The notes below the pieces were generated by a model. It searched no databases. It saw only the letters and a program-made list of their open reading frames with translations, and had not been told where the DNA came from. The translations under genes and the position numbers were made by a program. 64,000 bases of DNA from Rhynchopus sp. YZ270_cl-10 (taxonomy: Eukaryota), in NCBI GenBank assembly GCA_964035575.1, contig OZ037847.1, positions 1,302,001 through 1,366,000 on the forward strand. Reading direction: 5' to 3'. Shown piece after piece: positions 34,421-47,720 of this stretch; position 1 is the first letter of the stretch; each line of letters begins with the position of its first letter.

Positions 34421-36702
34421 TTTTTATTTTCAGAAGGTCCAGAGAGGATAGAGAGTGAGATATAGAGAAAAGAGACATTCCCCCCCCTTATTTTCTAACT
34501 TTTTTTTATTGTGGGTTTCTATATGCTTTTTTTTCTCCCGTTCTCCAAGAAAATCTGGTTTTTTTGTTCCGGTCTGTCCACTTCGTTCAGTTAGATACAT
34601 TTTTCCCCCAAGGTTGGCCAAGCACGCGAGACTTTGCTTTACCTTACAATTTTTTCTTTTGTTTATATCCTTTCAACCGAGGGCAACGGATGCCTGCAAC
34701 ACACGCTGCCCTTGTGCACATATGAATAAAGCGCTTCAACCCTGCGGTTCAAATATCCACAAGGTTGCGGCCAAAAAAAAAAGAACCATTTTATGTATAG
34801 AAACGTGTTCACATTCAATTTTTCAGATTTCCCCCCTTTTTTTATTCCTACGAAGCTTGCTTTAAAGGAGAAATAGTATTACCAGGTACGGTCGCCAAAT
34901 CATTCCTCAAACAGGAGGATTTGTGCAATCAACGAAAACAACTTTACCTACCGATCCTATTTTTTTGTGTCCACCTTCCAACTCCCCCTTTTTTATCCAG
35001 GTGGGTGGAGGAAATATGATGGACAACCCCCCCCTTAAGACAGGTTCACCCTCCTCTTATGGTGTTAACGATGACTAAGCTAGGAGACTTAAGTCCATCT
35101 TGCCGATTTCTCTCTCTTTTTTTTATGACAGTAGATACCTGCTTGCGTGGCAACTGCACTGATCCGAGATTATCAATAAAAAGGGGGGGATTTCGGTACC
35201 TTTGGTGTCTTCCCAACTGAAAACACTTTTCAAAGAAAAGTGGGAACCTCAGAGAGGAAGTCGTGTGTAGATTTTTTATTTAGATGGCTAAGATCTTGCC
35301 ATTTTTTTGTCGACCGCATGCAAATACAAATAAAAAAAACATACAAAAAATACAAAAAATACAAAAGAGAATTTTTTAAAAAGAGTTACCCCCCACCTCC
35401 ATTCACCTTGCGGTTTTGAACGATGAAATAGCCTCAGTGCGTTATGGATTTGCCTTTGTTGTTAAGACAAAAAATGCACAATTTTTCAGATGTGAATTAA
35501 AACTTGAAAGATGTGTTCCCTTTGCAGACGTTCTTTATATTTCAAGTGTTCTCTTTGTAGGTGACTCAACAACGAGGCTTGAGTTCATCTCGCAATTTTT
35601 TTTTTTAAATATTTTTGCAATCACAAAGCAAAAAAAAACCCCCCCATCCCCCGCGCGATATGAGGCTGACGTGAGTGACTAAAAAAGGAACAGTGGTATT
35701 GCAGGGGACCACTTTCCATTTTTTTGAAAACTTGGTTGTATTAGTGTAGACACCCGAGGATGAACTCCACTATATTTTTTTCTTTCAGTTTTCTTTGGGC
35801 CCTTGTGAAAGGAAGAAGCACTGTTCTGCTTTTTTGCTTTTTTTTTTGTTTTCTTTTCCAACACTGAGATCTGTATCAAGGGGGTTTCCCCCGTTATTTT
35901 TATTACATAAAGTGGGCAGTGGAGACTGCTTGCGTGGCAACCACGCTAACCCAAACAGATTATCAAAAAAAATACCCCGACTGCACTTTTTTAAAGGCAC
36001 ACTGTCCACGAGAGGGCTTTGTATTTCAAGTCAACTTTTATTTTTATCTATTTTGTTCCTTGTACTTTCATGGCATCGTACGTGGGTCTCAGTTGGAGGT
36101 GCCTGCAGAAATCACTATTCTCTTAGTGTCTCCGCCTATGAACGGTGAGGCGTTTGCACTTTCACAATTTTTCTGTCTTTTCTTTTCTTTCAAAAATGCA
36201 AAGCACAAAAAATGCTATCCATCCTCGTCATTGGGCTTTTTTTTTCGCTCTTGGTCCGAGAGTATATTTAAAGATATGTATGCACGTGAAGCATATTAAT
36301 CTTTTCAACTTTATTTTTTCCACACACATTCTGCCGAACTTACTCCCTCCTCCCCCCCCTCACCACAAATAGCTATTTTAGATGACATTCGACCCCCCCT
36401 GTTTATTTCACATTTTTTCTTTTGTTTATGTTCATTGGATGTGATAATGATTCGGCCCAAAAAAAGAAGGGTGCCATTCGCCCATTCGCTTCATAACCCC
36501 TCCAGGAGGGTGTGGGGAGGTGGACTAGGGGAGGGTTTTTTGCTCGTTTTCTTTTTACAATACTATTTTCCCTCAACCTTTGTGGGATCTGAGGAGCGAT
36601 TCCACTCTGGCGGGGAATTTTGCATTGCCCCGTTTTATTAATTTTGTTTAAAGGTGACTGAGCACGAGGATCCAAAAATACAACAAAAAAGATTGATGAA
36701 TA

Positions 36703-37987
36703 AGGGAAAACAAACTTTCGGTCTGCGTGCGCGTCCTGCGTGCCTGGGTTTTTTTTGAGATTTTCAGAAAAAAAGTTTTTTCTGTGGAAAGGCGAATACC
36801 GACCCCCCTGCTACCCCCGTCTCCCCCAAAAAAATTTTCCCATGGAGAGCAATCGGCTCGCGCAATCAAAAGAAGGCAGAGAAAAGGGAAAATAAAAAAA
36901 GAAAAAAATTGGGTACCGTGCGCCTGCGGCGCTACCTGTCCCCTACCCTCCTTTATTTTTAAACATGGTGTACTTATTTATGTACAGTGTTCATTTTCTT
37001 TTGAGTACGACTCCACATCCCTTCACCCTCACGGATAAAGATCGATTAGGACACCATAGGGCACACCTGCAAACCTGCTCCGCAGCGAATAATGAGCTGC
37101 TGAACCGTCTCCACCCTCGCTGTGTGAGGGCACCCCCTCCGAGGACATAACCGTCCTGGGTTTTCGTTTTCGCTCTTCTCTGTGGTCACTGAACCCCCAC
37201 CGCCATCACTACAATACCATAGCTTTCTTCAGTACATTGGTGTTTCCAGTAAAACACTACAATTCCATGCCAAGTTGGATTTTCAGACTGAAAATGACCC
37301 TTGTTGAGTACGGGTTTATACTTTGTGACAATTTGAGTCACTGAATTTTTGTCCATTTTTCCGTATATCCCCCACCATAAGCCGGGATTGGCTCGGAAAT
37401 GCGGTATCCTTACTAAAACCAGAGGAATCTCGTAGTTCCTAGTAAGGGTACTTCAGTGTATTTTTGTACACACATGTGACCCCACCGTGGAGAGCAATCG
37501 GCTCGCGCAATCAAAAGAAAGCAGAAAAAAGGGGAAAAGAAGAAAAGGAAAAAGTTGGGTACCGTGCGCCTGCGGCGCTACCTGTTCCCAGTCAAAAACA
37601 CCATAATTTGATCTGAAGTTGGGTTTTCAGTCCTGAAAATGACCCTTGCTCACGAGTATGGGTTCATATTTTGTAAAAATTTAAGTCACTAAAATTGTGT
37701 CCATGTTTCCGTATATCCCCCACCACAGAACGGGATTGGCTCGGAAATACCACAAAACACTGTTTTCACCCCCTTATACACAACTGTTTGAGGTGCGTTT
37801 TTTTGGTCCCAAAACACGATTTTTCAGATTTTTCCCCCAAAAGTTAGCGCGAAGCCTGTTCTCACTCCATGAAAGAAGGACAATTTGAAAAAAACTTTTT
37901 TTTAAAACAAACTTTTTTTTGCCTGCCTGCCTGGGTTTTTCTGGGGGACGTCCCGACGCGCACGCAGACGAGAAGTTTGTTTTCCCT
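36703..37987. mobile_element. Non-autonomous TIR element of about 1.28 kb with internal duplications (possibly Kolobok-like)
   Basis: TIR AGGGAAAACAAACTT..GTCTGCGTGCGCGTC at both ends; internal direct repeats 36843-36942/37488-37589 and about 37272-37400/37617-37748; no clean TSD. Confidence 0.75.
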
Positions 37988-38813
37988 AACCAATGTTCAA
38001 AACATTAAGTAATCTAATCAGACTAAGCACGAGGCTTCGGTTCATCTTATCAACCTTTATTCCATTCGACGCTGACAAAATGCCACACTTCAATAACTAT
38101 ACGTAAAAAAGCCCCTCTTTTTTAAAACCTCGAAATGGATGTAGGACTGCATGGTTGGGGTGTCCACCCCGGTGCAACCGGTCATACCAAAGGTACACTG
38201 TTCACGAGAGGGCTTTGTATTTCAACTCTACCTTTTTTTTTCCTTTTCTGAGAGATCTGTCTCGAGGCAGCTTTCATGTTTCAACTTATTTTCTGGGTAA
38301 AGAAGATTAGGTCCTGAGGATGGCGTAGCGATGTTACTGGGGGGTAAATCGGTAGAAACACGAGGAATCGGTTATGCAGCCGAAAGGAGGTTTCATTTTT
38401 TACCTTTTTCTCTTTTCACTCTCCCACCGCTTTGGGAGAAGACTAGAAGCACATCACGTTGTGGTATTTTCCAAACCCCCCCCTCTCCCGCAACCCTTCC
38501 CCTTTTGAAGCAGAATGGGCAAGCACAACCAAAAAAACAAAGAAACATTCTCCCTTTTTTTTGCATCTCTTTTTCCCTGCGTGCTTCACGCTTTTTTCAA
38601 AGATTACTCGTAAGGGCCCCCGAACGTTGTCAACACCAGCTGATCTTCATTTATTACTCTTTGTACGTATCCATGAAGGTTCCTCTCTGAGGGTCGGTAA
38701 CCTACGGAGAAAACTGCTGTGTCTCTAGGATGCTTTTGCGTCATTCATCTTTCATTTCCGATGTTGTGCTATTTCTTTCCCAAAAAAAATCATTTCCAGG
38801 GGAAAATTGAAAA

Positions 38814-41446
38814 ATGGTGTCGGTGAGAGTTTTGTTATGTTTGCAGGTTTCGGTTTCGTTAGCGACAGTGGACTTTACTGGGTTTGGAGTGCTTGACGCC
38901 ATGCGGCGACCACAGCCACAGCAACGGGCGTCCTCTGCACGAGACGGCGAGGTAGAATTTTCCGACGGAATGCGTATCAAGACCTTTGTGAAGGAGCACT
39001 CTGCCTGCGCACCGAAGGCCTGCTACTGCAAGAATGTGGGCGACGTTGTCAACAATTTCCAGGTACCCCCTTTGGACGTTACATGCACCGAGGCTGATGT
39101 GTTGACCGACGCCAAGCTTGCGTACATCAATGAAATGGTGGCAGACGCTGTTGCCTTCTTGAGCAAGGCACTGCGTGTCAAGCACCCCATCAACAACGCG
39201 CTTGTCACCGACCGTTGTGGCACCATCGCGCAAGGTGTCTTCGCTGGCGCCACGGCGGACCCCGAACACTCCACAACCGGCCTCCCCGACACCGACCTTG
39301 TTGTCTACATCACCGCAGTGCCCGCACCAGGCGCCACCCAAGCGTGGGCAGTATCGTGCCAATGGGAGACAAACTCAGACAAAGCCCTGTCCGGACGTCC
39401 CGTTGTTGGTCTCATGAACATATCACCGCGTCTCTTAGAAGTGTCCATGAAGTCGGCCAAGCCGGTGGAGTATCAGAACTCTGTGAACACTGCGATCCAT
39501 GAGCTGATGCACGTCTTGGGGTTTACCAGTGAGTACTTCAACCAGGAGGGGAACCAGGAGTGGTTTAACACCTCGCATGGGAAGGCGTTGGAGACGGACG
39601 CTAATGGGGATGTGCGTATGGTGACACCGAAGGTGGTGGAGAAGGCGAGGGAGCATTTTGGGTGTCCGACGTTGTCAGGAGTGTTGCTTGAGAACCAGGG
39701 GGATGCGGGCACGAGTGGCTCGCATTGGGAGAAGCGCATCCTCGGGAACGAAGTCATGACGGGTGTGCAGACACCAGAGCTGACGGTGATGTCGCCTATC
39801 ACCCTCGCGTACTTCGAGGACACCGGGCTGTATGAAGTGGACTACAGCATGGCAGGCAACCTCATCTGGGGCAAGGGCCGCGGCTGCGACTTCGTCAACC
39901 TCCCCTGCGACAAGACACAGATCTCCGACCCCCTCCAGGAGTTCTGCTTCCCCCCAAACCTCGACTTCAGTACATTTAAGCAGGGCTGCACGCCCTCGCT
40001 CCTCACATTCGGCGGCTGCAACGTCATCCTCCACAAAACTGACCCCCCAGTGGCGAAGTACCAATACTTCAAAGAGGACGCAACCGCAGGAGGTGCGGTG
40101 ACGTACTCTGACTACTGTCCTTTCCACAGTGCGGAGGTGCAGTGCACCGACCTCGATCTTGACGGGGTGGCCTGCCAGAAGCTCGACCAGACGGCATGCG
40201 ATGCGAGCGTGTACTGCTACTATGACGGAAGGACGTGTCTGTCAAAGTCGCTGGATGTGAAGGGGTCGTTCTATGGGTCCGGCAGTAGGTGTTTCAACGC
40301 GCAGGTTCACGTCCGTTCGCTTACTGTGACGGATGACCGGACGGCGCGGTGCTTCAGGGTGACGTGTGCACCAGATGGGAACAGCTACTATGCGGAGGTG
40401 GGGTATTCTTCGATAGCGTTGACTTCGTCGCAGGCGCCCAGGGTGTACTGCAACAGCACAACAAGCTTGGGCGTGGCAGATGACAACTTTGTGAAGCAGT
40501 ACGACGGAGACGTGCCGTGCCACCAGCCCAGCAGAGTCTGCAGTGATGCAACCCTCCCGCGTGCGTCCTTCACAATGCCGAGCCTCGCAGCAACGGGTCA
40601 GATCGCGGCCACAAGCGCACCCACCGAAGACAGCAGCAGCGACGGCGACAAGATGCTTCTGATCATCATCATCGCTGCTGGATCCGGTGCAGTCGTGCTC
40701 TGCATAATCTGTTACGTCCTGTATGTCCCCAACCCCATCCCCATCCCCAAAACCAACCCCATTTTTCCTACAGCATCTCGCGCTGCTGCGCTTCCAAAGG
40801 AGCCAAAAACAACACCTGGCAGAAGGACCCCCTGGTCCCCCAACGCGCCTCCTCCCCAAACGTGAAGAAGACAAACCCCAAGAATGCCATGACTGCACAG
40901 CAAATGTACAACAACAGCAAACCCAACTCACCGCCGGCGTTCACAAGCCCGCAGAACCAGGGGAAGCACAACCCGCACCAGAAGCGTTTTGACAACAACC
41001 CTGGACCGGCAAACGGCCATGCGTACAACCCACCGGCACAACAGTTCCACCCGCCGCCATCTCCTCCTTCGAAGAACGCGATTGGAGGGGGGCACCAGCA
41101 GTACAGGAAGGTGACTTCACCTACGCCAACCTTTTCAAGCCCGTTGACACCACCGTTGAACCCTTTGGACATGACACAAAACAGCAACGTACCGTCCCTC
41201 CTTGGAACAAGCACTGGAGCGGTGTCCCCCTACGGACGTACCACAAGCCCCAACCCACGTGCCCTGGGACGCACTCCTTCCCCGCAACCCTTCAACAACG
41301 CTCTCAGCTCAAACTTCGGGGCAAACCTCGGAGGTAGCGCAAAAGACCCACTTGGTGGTGGTGGACCAAGAGATCCTCTTGGGGGTGGTGGTGATGGCTT
41401 CGGACAGCCGCTCCTCCCCGGGAACAACACTGCCACTATATGTTAA
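38814..41446 (+). CDS. Leishmanolysin/GP63-like M8 metalloprotease with TM helix and Pro-rich tail; intron 40721-40773
   Basis: AIHELMHVLGF, SHWEKRILGNEVMTG, TLAYFEDTGLY, WGKGRGCDF, DYCPF; the 53-nt GTATGT..CTACAG intron joins the TM segment in frame to ORF 40862-41446. Confidence 0.92.
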
Positions 41447-42487
41447 GGTTGTTCATGTTGTTCATTTTATTCAGCTGTTTTTGTAAGGCGGCGAATAAGC
41501 AGGCTGCGAACCTTAGTATTTTATTACCGTTCCCTTTTTTTTTTCATCCCAATATTTGCTTGCAATGCAGGCAACACTAACCACAAAGGAGTATTTCAGG
41601 ATGTGATTTATTTCAATATTTTGGTAAACAAAGTAAAGGAAAATGCAAGGTGAAGAGGGTATGCAATGCTTCGATCATCTTGGAAAGTTGTTCTTTACAT
41701 TCTACCGATTTTTCAACAAAAAAAAACAAAAGAAAAAAACACTACACATTTTTGTTTCCTTTTTTGTACAAGAACCTTTTTCTCGGGGGGGCAACAAAGC
41801 CCAAAAAAAAATGGGGGGTAAGGCACGGTATGCAACACAGCATCACTTGTAGAGTTATTATTGTGAAATTCGAACTGATTTTTTTTTTTTGTCTTCTGTT
41901 TCTTTCCTTCTGGGGGGGGTTTTTTTTTTATCGAAATTTTTTGCCGCAAACCGTCACCTATTTTTGTTGAAAATATAGTCTCTACTTTCCGTACAAAGGA
42001 AGAGAGAGAAAAGGCGGTCAATATTTAGTACAGACCCTACCCATTGGAGATGGGAATGCTTAGATAATGGGTCGAGACACCAAAAGGGAAGATGAACGAA
42101 ACATCGAATTCAACCTAACGCTGTTCTCTCGGAAAATGCCCCTCTTCTTTGATAACCGCATAAGAAAAAGGGGGGTAAAGTAAAGGGGAGTGCCATTTTA
42201 TTCACGTGGGGGTTCAGTGTGGTGTTGGGAGAACCTTGTCATTGTGGCAGGGTCATTTGATATTACAAAAGGAAAAAAAAGGGTATGCCCTCCCTTCCCG
42301 GTACCATCTATATACGTTCGGCTGTACAGCCAGCAGTTCTTTCCCCCCCCTCCCTTTCCCATCTGGTTACTGTCAGTTTCGGCCACACCCTACCGCTTGA
42401 TTCGTTCATTGCAAAAAAAGTTAGTGGTTTTTTTTTTTTTGTTCATTTTTTCATTTTTTTTTCATATTTTTTTTTGGTGATGTGCAC

Positions 42488-43269
42488 CAGGGTTCTCGCA
42501 ATCTTCAACACTTTTGAAAACGTTGAAGATTATAAGGATTTTTTTTTCCACCCCAAAAAACTTTTTTTTTACAAGACCTTCCGAGCAGGGTTGTTTCTAG
42601 GATCTCGTTTTTTTTCTCGGGGGGGTCAATTTTTTTCCCGAAAAAAATGGGTTTTCAGGTGTTTTTGGGTGTATTCCGAGCTTTCTCGACGACGCCTCGA
42701 TCTCATCGAGAAAACCCCATACCCCAAGACTCAGAATATCATGGTGGTATGTAGCTTCTGTGAGGGTATGAAACAGGGAAAGAAACGGTGTCCATGGCAC
42801 CCAAAGGTTCCTGGCGAAGCCACGGTACGCAACATTTCTAAAATTGCGCTTAAAATTGCACTATTTTACAGCCAAACTATGTCATGGGAAGGGTGGGTTG
42901 CAAGCTTGCGCCGCAGGCGCACGGTACGCTACTTTTTTCCTTTTGCCATGCTGCATGTTTCCTTTTCGTTCGGCGTTTGATCAATTGAGTCGCGTTCTGG
43001 CTGTGACGGGGTCACTTTGTCCATGAGGCCAGTTCTGGTCACTCTCAGAGGCTTATGTGGGGTATTGTCATGGGAAGGGTGTGATGTAAGCTTGCGCCGC
43101 AGGCGAGGAGATGGGTATCAGGTGGGAGAGGGTGGGAAGATGGGTGAAAAATTTACCCTAAAAAAATTTTTTTTTGTGAAGATTTTTAAGTTAAAAATCT
43201 TCAACGGTTTTTTCCATATTTTTTTTTTTGAAGATTTTTAGACTAAAAATCTTCAGTGCGAGAACCCTG
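42488..43269. mobile_element. hAT-type MITE
   Basis: TIR CAGGGTTCTCGCA / TGCGAGAACCCTG; perfect 8-bp TSD ATGTGCAC; subterminal ATCTTCA/TGAAGAT motifs. Confidence 0.92.
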
Positions 43270-44241
43270 ATGTGCACGAGCCCCATTCAAATCAAGCTTT
43301 TTTGGGTCCTTGAGAAGACCATAAACTGTCTTGCAACTGCAAAGAAAAAACATAATGTGGTGTATTTGTTTTCCCGAGGACCAAAGCAATGACATTAGTG
43401 TTGCAGTTTACGCCTTATCGGTTGGGATTGACCTTTGCCGTATATCATTTTTTTGAGATAACCAATCACGAGAGATCGGATCATCTTGTAAACTATTTCT
43501 TTCTTCTTCTTGATGAGTATCTTGTACAGGACATCCTTTGTACTTTCTCTTTGGTTTGAAAGTATACTAATTTTCTTTTGCATTTGGTTTACATCACCTT
43601 TTTTGCACTGTTAGTTTTACCTTCGCAGCCGCCTTCGGGGGTCTTTTCACTGTGTAGCCATTGGGTCGTGAAGTAGACGATAGGTCTGCACGTTCCGCCC
43701 CCTTCGTTGCTGTCGTGTTCCGAACATAATTACAAGAGCCTCCCCCATTTTTTTTTAGCTCTTTTACGTCAAATCTTCTCTGGCTTTGACTCCTGTCTGC
43801 CAGGTGTTTGATATTTTTCCTACCCTTTTCCTTCCCCAACATTTTTTGGTCTTCCCATCACCCAGCAGAAAATTTGTGTTTTTTAAGGTACACTGTCACA
43901 AAAGGGCGTTGTATTTTAAGTCAACTTTTTTTTCTTTTTCCACGACGAAGGTTTGTGGATTCTTTTTTCTCTCTTGCAAACGCAGCGAATTTTATTGTTT
44001 GCTATTTTGCATGAGTTTGTGTTTTGATTTGTGATCAAGGTGTCCATTGGCATTTTGGGCGCATCTTGCAAAGCTCTTTAATAACTATTTTATTGGGTGA
44101 TGTAAAGTGCACTTTTACGAGGGAGTCCTGATTCCGAGTTGCACCAATAAAAGATACAACTCGGAATCAGGACCCCCGGGTTATGTGAAGTGCGCTTTTT
44201 GCAGAACCCAATAGGAAATTTTATCTCATGAGGATATAAAC

Positions 44242-46936
44242 CATACTTGGACCGCCCGAAATATATTTCGGGCATTTCGGGCGAATTAAGGGCGGATTTC
44301 GGGCGATTTTGTGCGCCCGAATTCGCCCGAAAACGCCCGAAGTCGCCCGAAATGCAGATTTCGGGCGAATTCGGGCGCTTTTTCCTTAGTGAAAACCGAT
44401 TAGGTAGGGTTCTACTCATTTTCGCAAAAAACTTTTTATATTTGGAAATATTTGATGTCAAATCTGTCAAAATAAGCAATAATCGAAAACTTTTGTACAC
44501 CTGAGTGCACTTTGGAGGCCCATGAGAATCACCACCAAATCACGGGTTTTCTGACTATCATTTGCTTATTCCCACCCAAAACACACTATGAACCGGGTTT
44601 TCGGGGGCTCCCTAAAACATGTTAAAAAATCGCAAAAAAGTTCAAAAAGTGTTTTTTACCTTTGCCAAAACTGAGATACAAAGGGGAAAAAAATGTTTTT
44701 TCCCAGCAAAAACTGAGAAATAGCCGGGAAAAAAATGTTTTCGAATGTTTTAGGGACCCTCGGACTACGGACCCTCCCGCCCCACTTTCCAGCTATTTTG
44801 ACTTATAGAAAGGGACTCTCGCAAATTTTTTTTTCCGCCTATATAGGGCTAATTTCGACGATTTGAGGCCGTTAAAACCAGAATTTGACACTTTTGAGCA
44901 TCTGTGGGGGTCTAAAACGTGGTTTCGCGCACCCGAAATTTCGTGGTTTTTACTTGGGAAAATGCCCATTTCAACCCAAATTTTCGGTTTTTCTGGCCCG
45001 AAAGTCGAAAAAAAAAGCGCCGGGGGGCTTCGCCCCCCGAACCCCCCATTGGGGGGCTTTGCCCCCCAAACCCCCCACTGGGGGGCGTAAAGCATACGCC
45101 CCCCAGACCCCCCTATGCAATTGAGGGCCTGCGGCGCAGTTCGGAGCTCTTGGTCATACCGAACTGGAATGTTAAATGTGGATGTTATTGTGCTTGCAGC
45201 GTTGTTCCTTGCCATCATGCGGCATCAGACCTCATGCAGCAGAACACTACGGTGTCCAGCATCGGCAGTGCGTACACATCGGTGAAGGATTTTATCGACG
45301 TGACGTGGAACACGGACGACGTCTGGCATTTACGGGTTCAGTACAAGTGTGAGCAGTGCGAACGCACTAACGATTTTGCGACGAGGCGGCAGCGATACCT
45401 TTCTCCTCTTCCCGGTGCAGGGTGGATCCTTATTTTCGCTGAAAATCCGAGATTTTTTTTCGTTTTATTTTCCTCTCCTGTTTTTGAGATTTTCCCGCGC
45501 AGGCCTGACGCTAACTTTCGGGTTTTTAGGAAATCCTGGGGGGTTGATGATTTGTCCGCGAGCGCAGCGAGTCGAAAAATTGAGTGACCGTCGGAAAAGA
45601 AAACGAACAAGCAGGTTGGGACCTGTACTGAGGCAGAATAGTGGTGTTTTTTTACACATCTCATCTATCGCAGAACTAAACCCCAGGGAAATATAGGTTT
45701 TGGGGGTTTTCGCTGAAACTCGGTCATTACTCGGTCGAGCCCAACCCAGCTCGTTCGGGCCTCCGGCAGAACGTGAGAATTCCTCGATTATCCTACTGCG
45801 GAGTTCGACACTACATTGATATTTGCAATGGGCACACGCAGTATCAGTAATCTCAATACATTTACAAAAGAAACGGCGGTCATGGCACCCATGGCGAAGC
45901 AACGGTACGCAACATTTCGAAAAATTGCGCTCAAATTGCACGTTTTTAGTGCCAAACTATGTCACGCGAAGGGTGGGTTGCAAGCTTGCGCCGAAGGCGT
46001 ACGGTGCACTACTTTTATTCTCTCGCCATACTGCATGCTTCCTTTTCCTTCGGCGTTTGACCCCAATTAACTCGCGTTCTGTACTGCGCCCTCTGATAAG
46101 GGTAGTACTTTCTAGAAACATTCTGAAGTCTGTTTTTGACACACAATCGGGGTGGGTGGGCCATAATTTGCTCAACCAGTCGAAAATTGGGATTTTTCTG
46201 AAATTTGCATTGTGCCCAGCAAAAATCGTCGTTTTTTTGAAGAATTTTCCAAAAAATATGCTATACCCCCTATGACTGGACCCAACTCCCCTCACTATTT
46301 TTTCCCTCTTTTTTGACCCAGAAACCACGCGCTTTTTGAACCTTTTTATCCAAAATACTCCTTTTTAGGGAGCCCCCTCCACTATTTTTTCGTATTGCAG
46401 GGTGAATTTTTGTGAATTTTCGGGTCACAGGGTGGTTCTGACCCATTCTGGGGGGTGTTTCGGGCCTGTAGTTGCTCAGGAGATGCCCAAAAACGTGAAA
46501 AATCGCCTTTTTACGTTTTTAGTAGTATTTTAGTGTAAATTGTTAGGGAAATCGGTTTTATACGTGGCTGCTAACAGAGCTGCACTCATATAAGTTGGGT
46601 TCTACTAGGAATTTTTGCTCAATTTTTTTTTCTTTGAACAAATTTTGTGCCAATCTTTCAAATAAAGCGTTAGATTTTTACACTGGTGGCATGCTTCCCA
46701 GCACACATAAGATACTGGTTGTGCGCCCGAATTCGCCCGAATCTGCCCGAAATCGCCCGAATTCGCCCGAAATGTGCCCAAATTCGCCCGAAATGCGCCC
46801 GAATTCGCCCGAATTACGTATAAATTCCCTTTAAAACGCCCGAAATATATTTCGGGCACATTTCGGGCGCTCGGGATCCGCGCCCGAAAAATTCGCCCGA
46901 ATTCGCCCGAAATATATTTCGGGCGGTCCAAGTATG
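44242..46936. mobile_element. 2.7-kb non-autonomous TIR element with 6-bp TSD and subterminal TTCGCCCGAA arrays
   Basis: Perfect 32-bp TIR CATACTTGGACCGCCCGAAATATATTTCGGGC; ATAAAC at 44236-44241 and 46937-46942; GCCCGAA arrays at 44254-44377 and 46725-46925. Confidence 0.9.
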
Positions 46937-47687
46937 ATAAACGAGCCGCATTTTTTTTTTTTTTTTTTTTGCAGATTTTCCTGTAAAAACGAGCGTTTAT
47001 GTATGTAAGTACTCTATGTCATGCAATAAAGCTTTACGTCTCCCAAAGAAGAGCCCACCATCCCTCAGGGTAAATGAAAGTTGGTGTCCGAAAAGCCTAT
47101 ATTATGCCACGAGTTTTTACGGGCAAATCCGCAAAAAATAAAATAAAATGCAAAAAGAGTTTATATCACGAATGAGATAAAGAAAAAAAATTAATTTTTC
47201 AGTACGTCCGGTATCCGACGGCGTTTGCACTTTCAAAGACGACCCCCCTCCCCCCCTTTTTTTTTCTCCGGGGCCCACTGGTCACGCACCAAGGTACACA
47301 ATCACAAGAGGGTTTTGTATTTCAAATTATTCAAATTTTGTTGAGGATGTTTTCTTAGTCGCGACATCTGTGTTTCAAATCTGGGTTTTTAGCCAGATGT
47401 AAACCAAACGTAAAGGATGATACCTTTCCGTTTCACCTTTAGGCTACGCAGTACAAGGCTTGGTGCCGCCTTAATATTTTCTTCTATTCGTGCTCTTTCC
47501 CCAACGCCAAAAGCGAGGTTGAGCGCGGTCCTGCTGACTGCACAACAACACCCTCGCGAGGTCCTACCTTTTTCTGTTCCTTTTGTATTCCTTTTAAAGG
47601 GATTTCAACGCAACAGAGTGAACGGGAAATAGTTGGACGGTATGGTTCTTTTCTTTCCTCGGATTTGCAATTTTCTCCCCGAATCCC

Positions 47688-47720
<33 letters not shown>

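Noticed and set aside
38823..38846. Possible micro-intron GTGAGA...TTGCAG in the GP63 leader
   Set aside because: Very short, and it encodes the hydrophobic core of the signal peptide
42111..42130. AACCTAACGCTGTT resembling a spliced-leader start
   Set aside because: Only a short match; no leader 3' motif or donor site follows
43395..43842. Two short minus-strand Lys-rich ORFs, possibly a gene relic
   Set aside because: No recognisable motif; cannot be supported without a search
44254..46925. TTCGCCCGAA arrays as CRISPR or telomeric repeats
   Set aside because: No unique spacers or cas genes; they are subterminal repeats bounded by TIRs and a TSD
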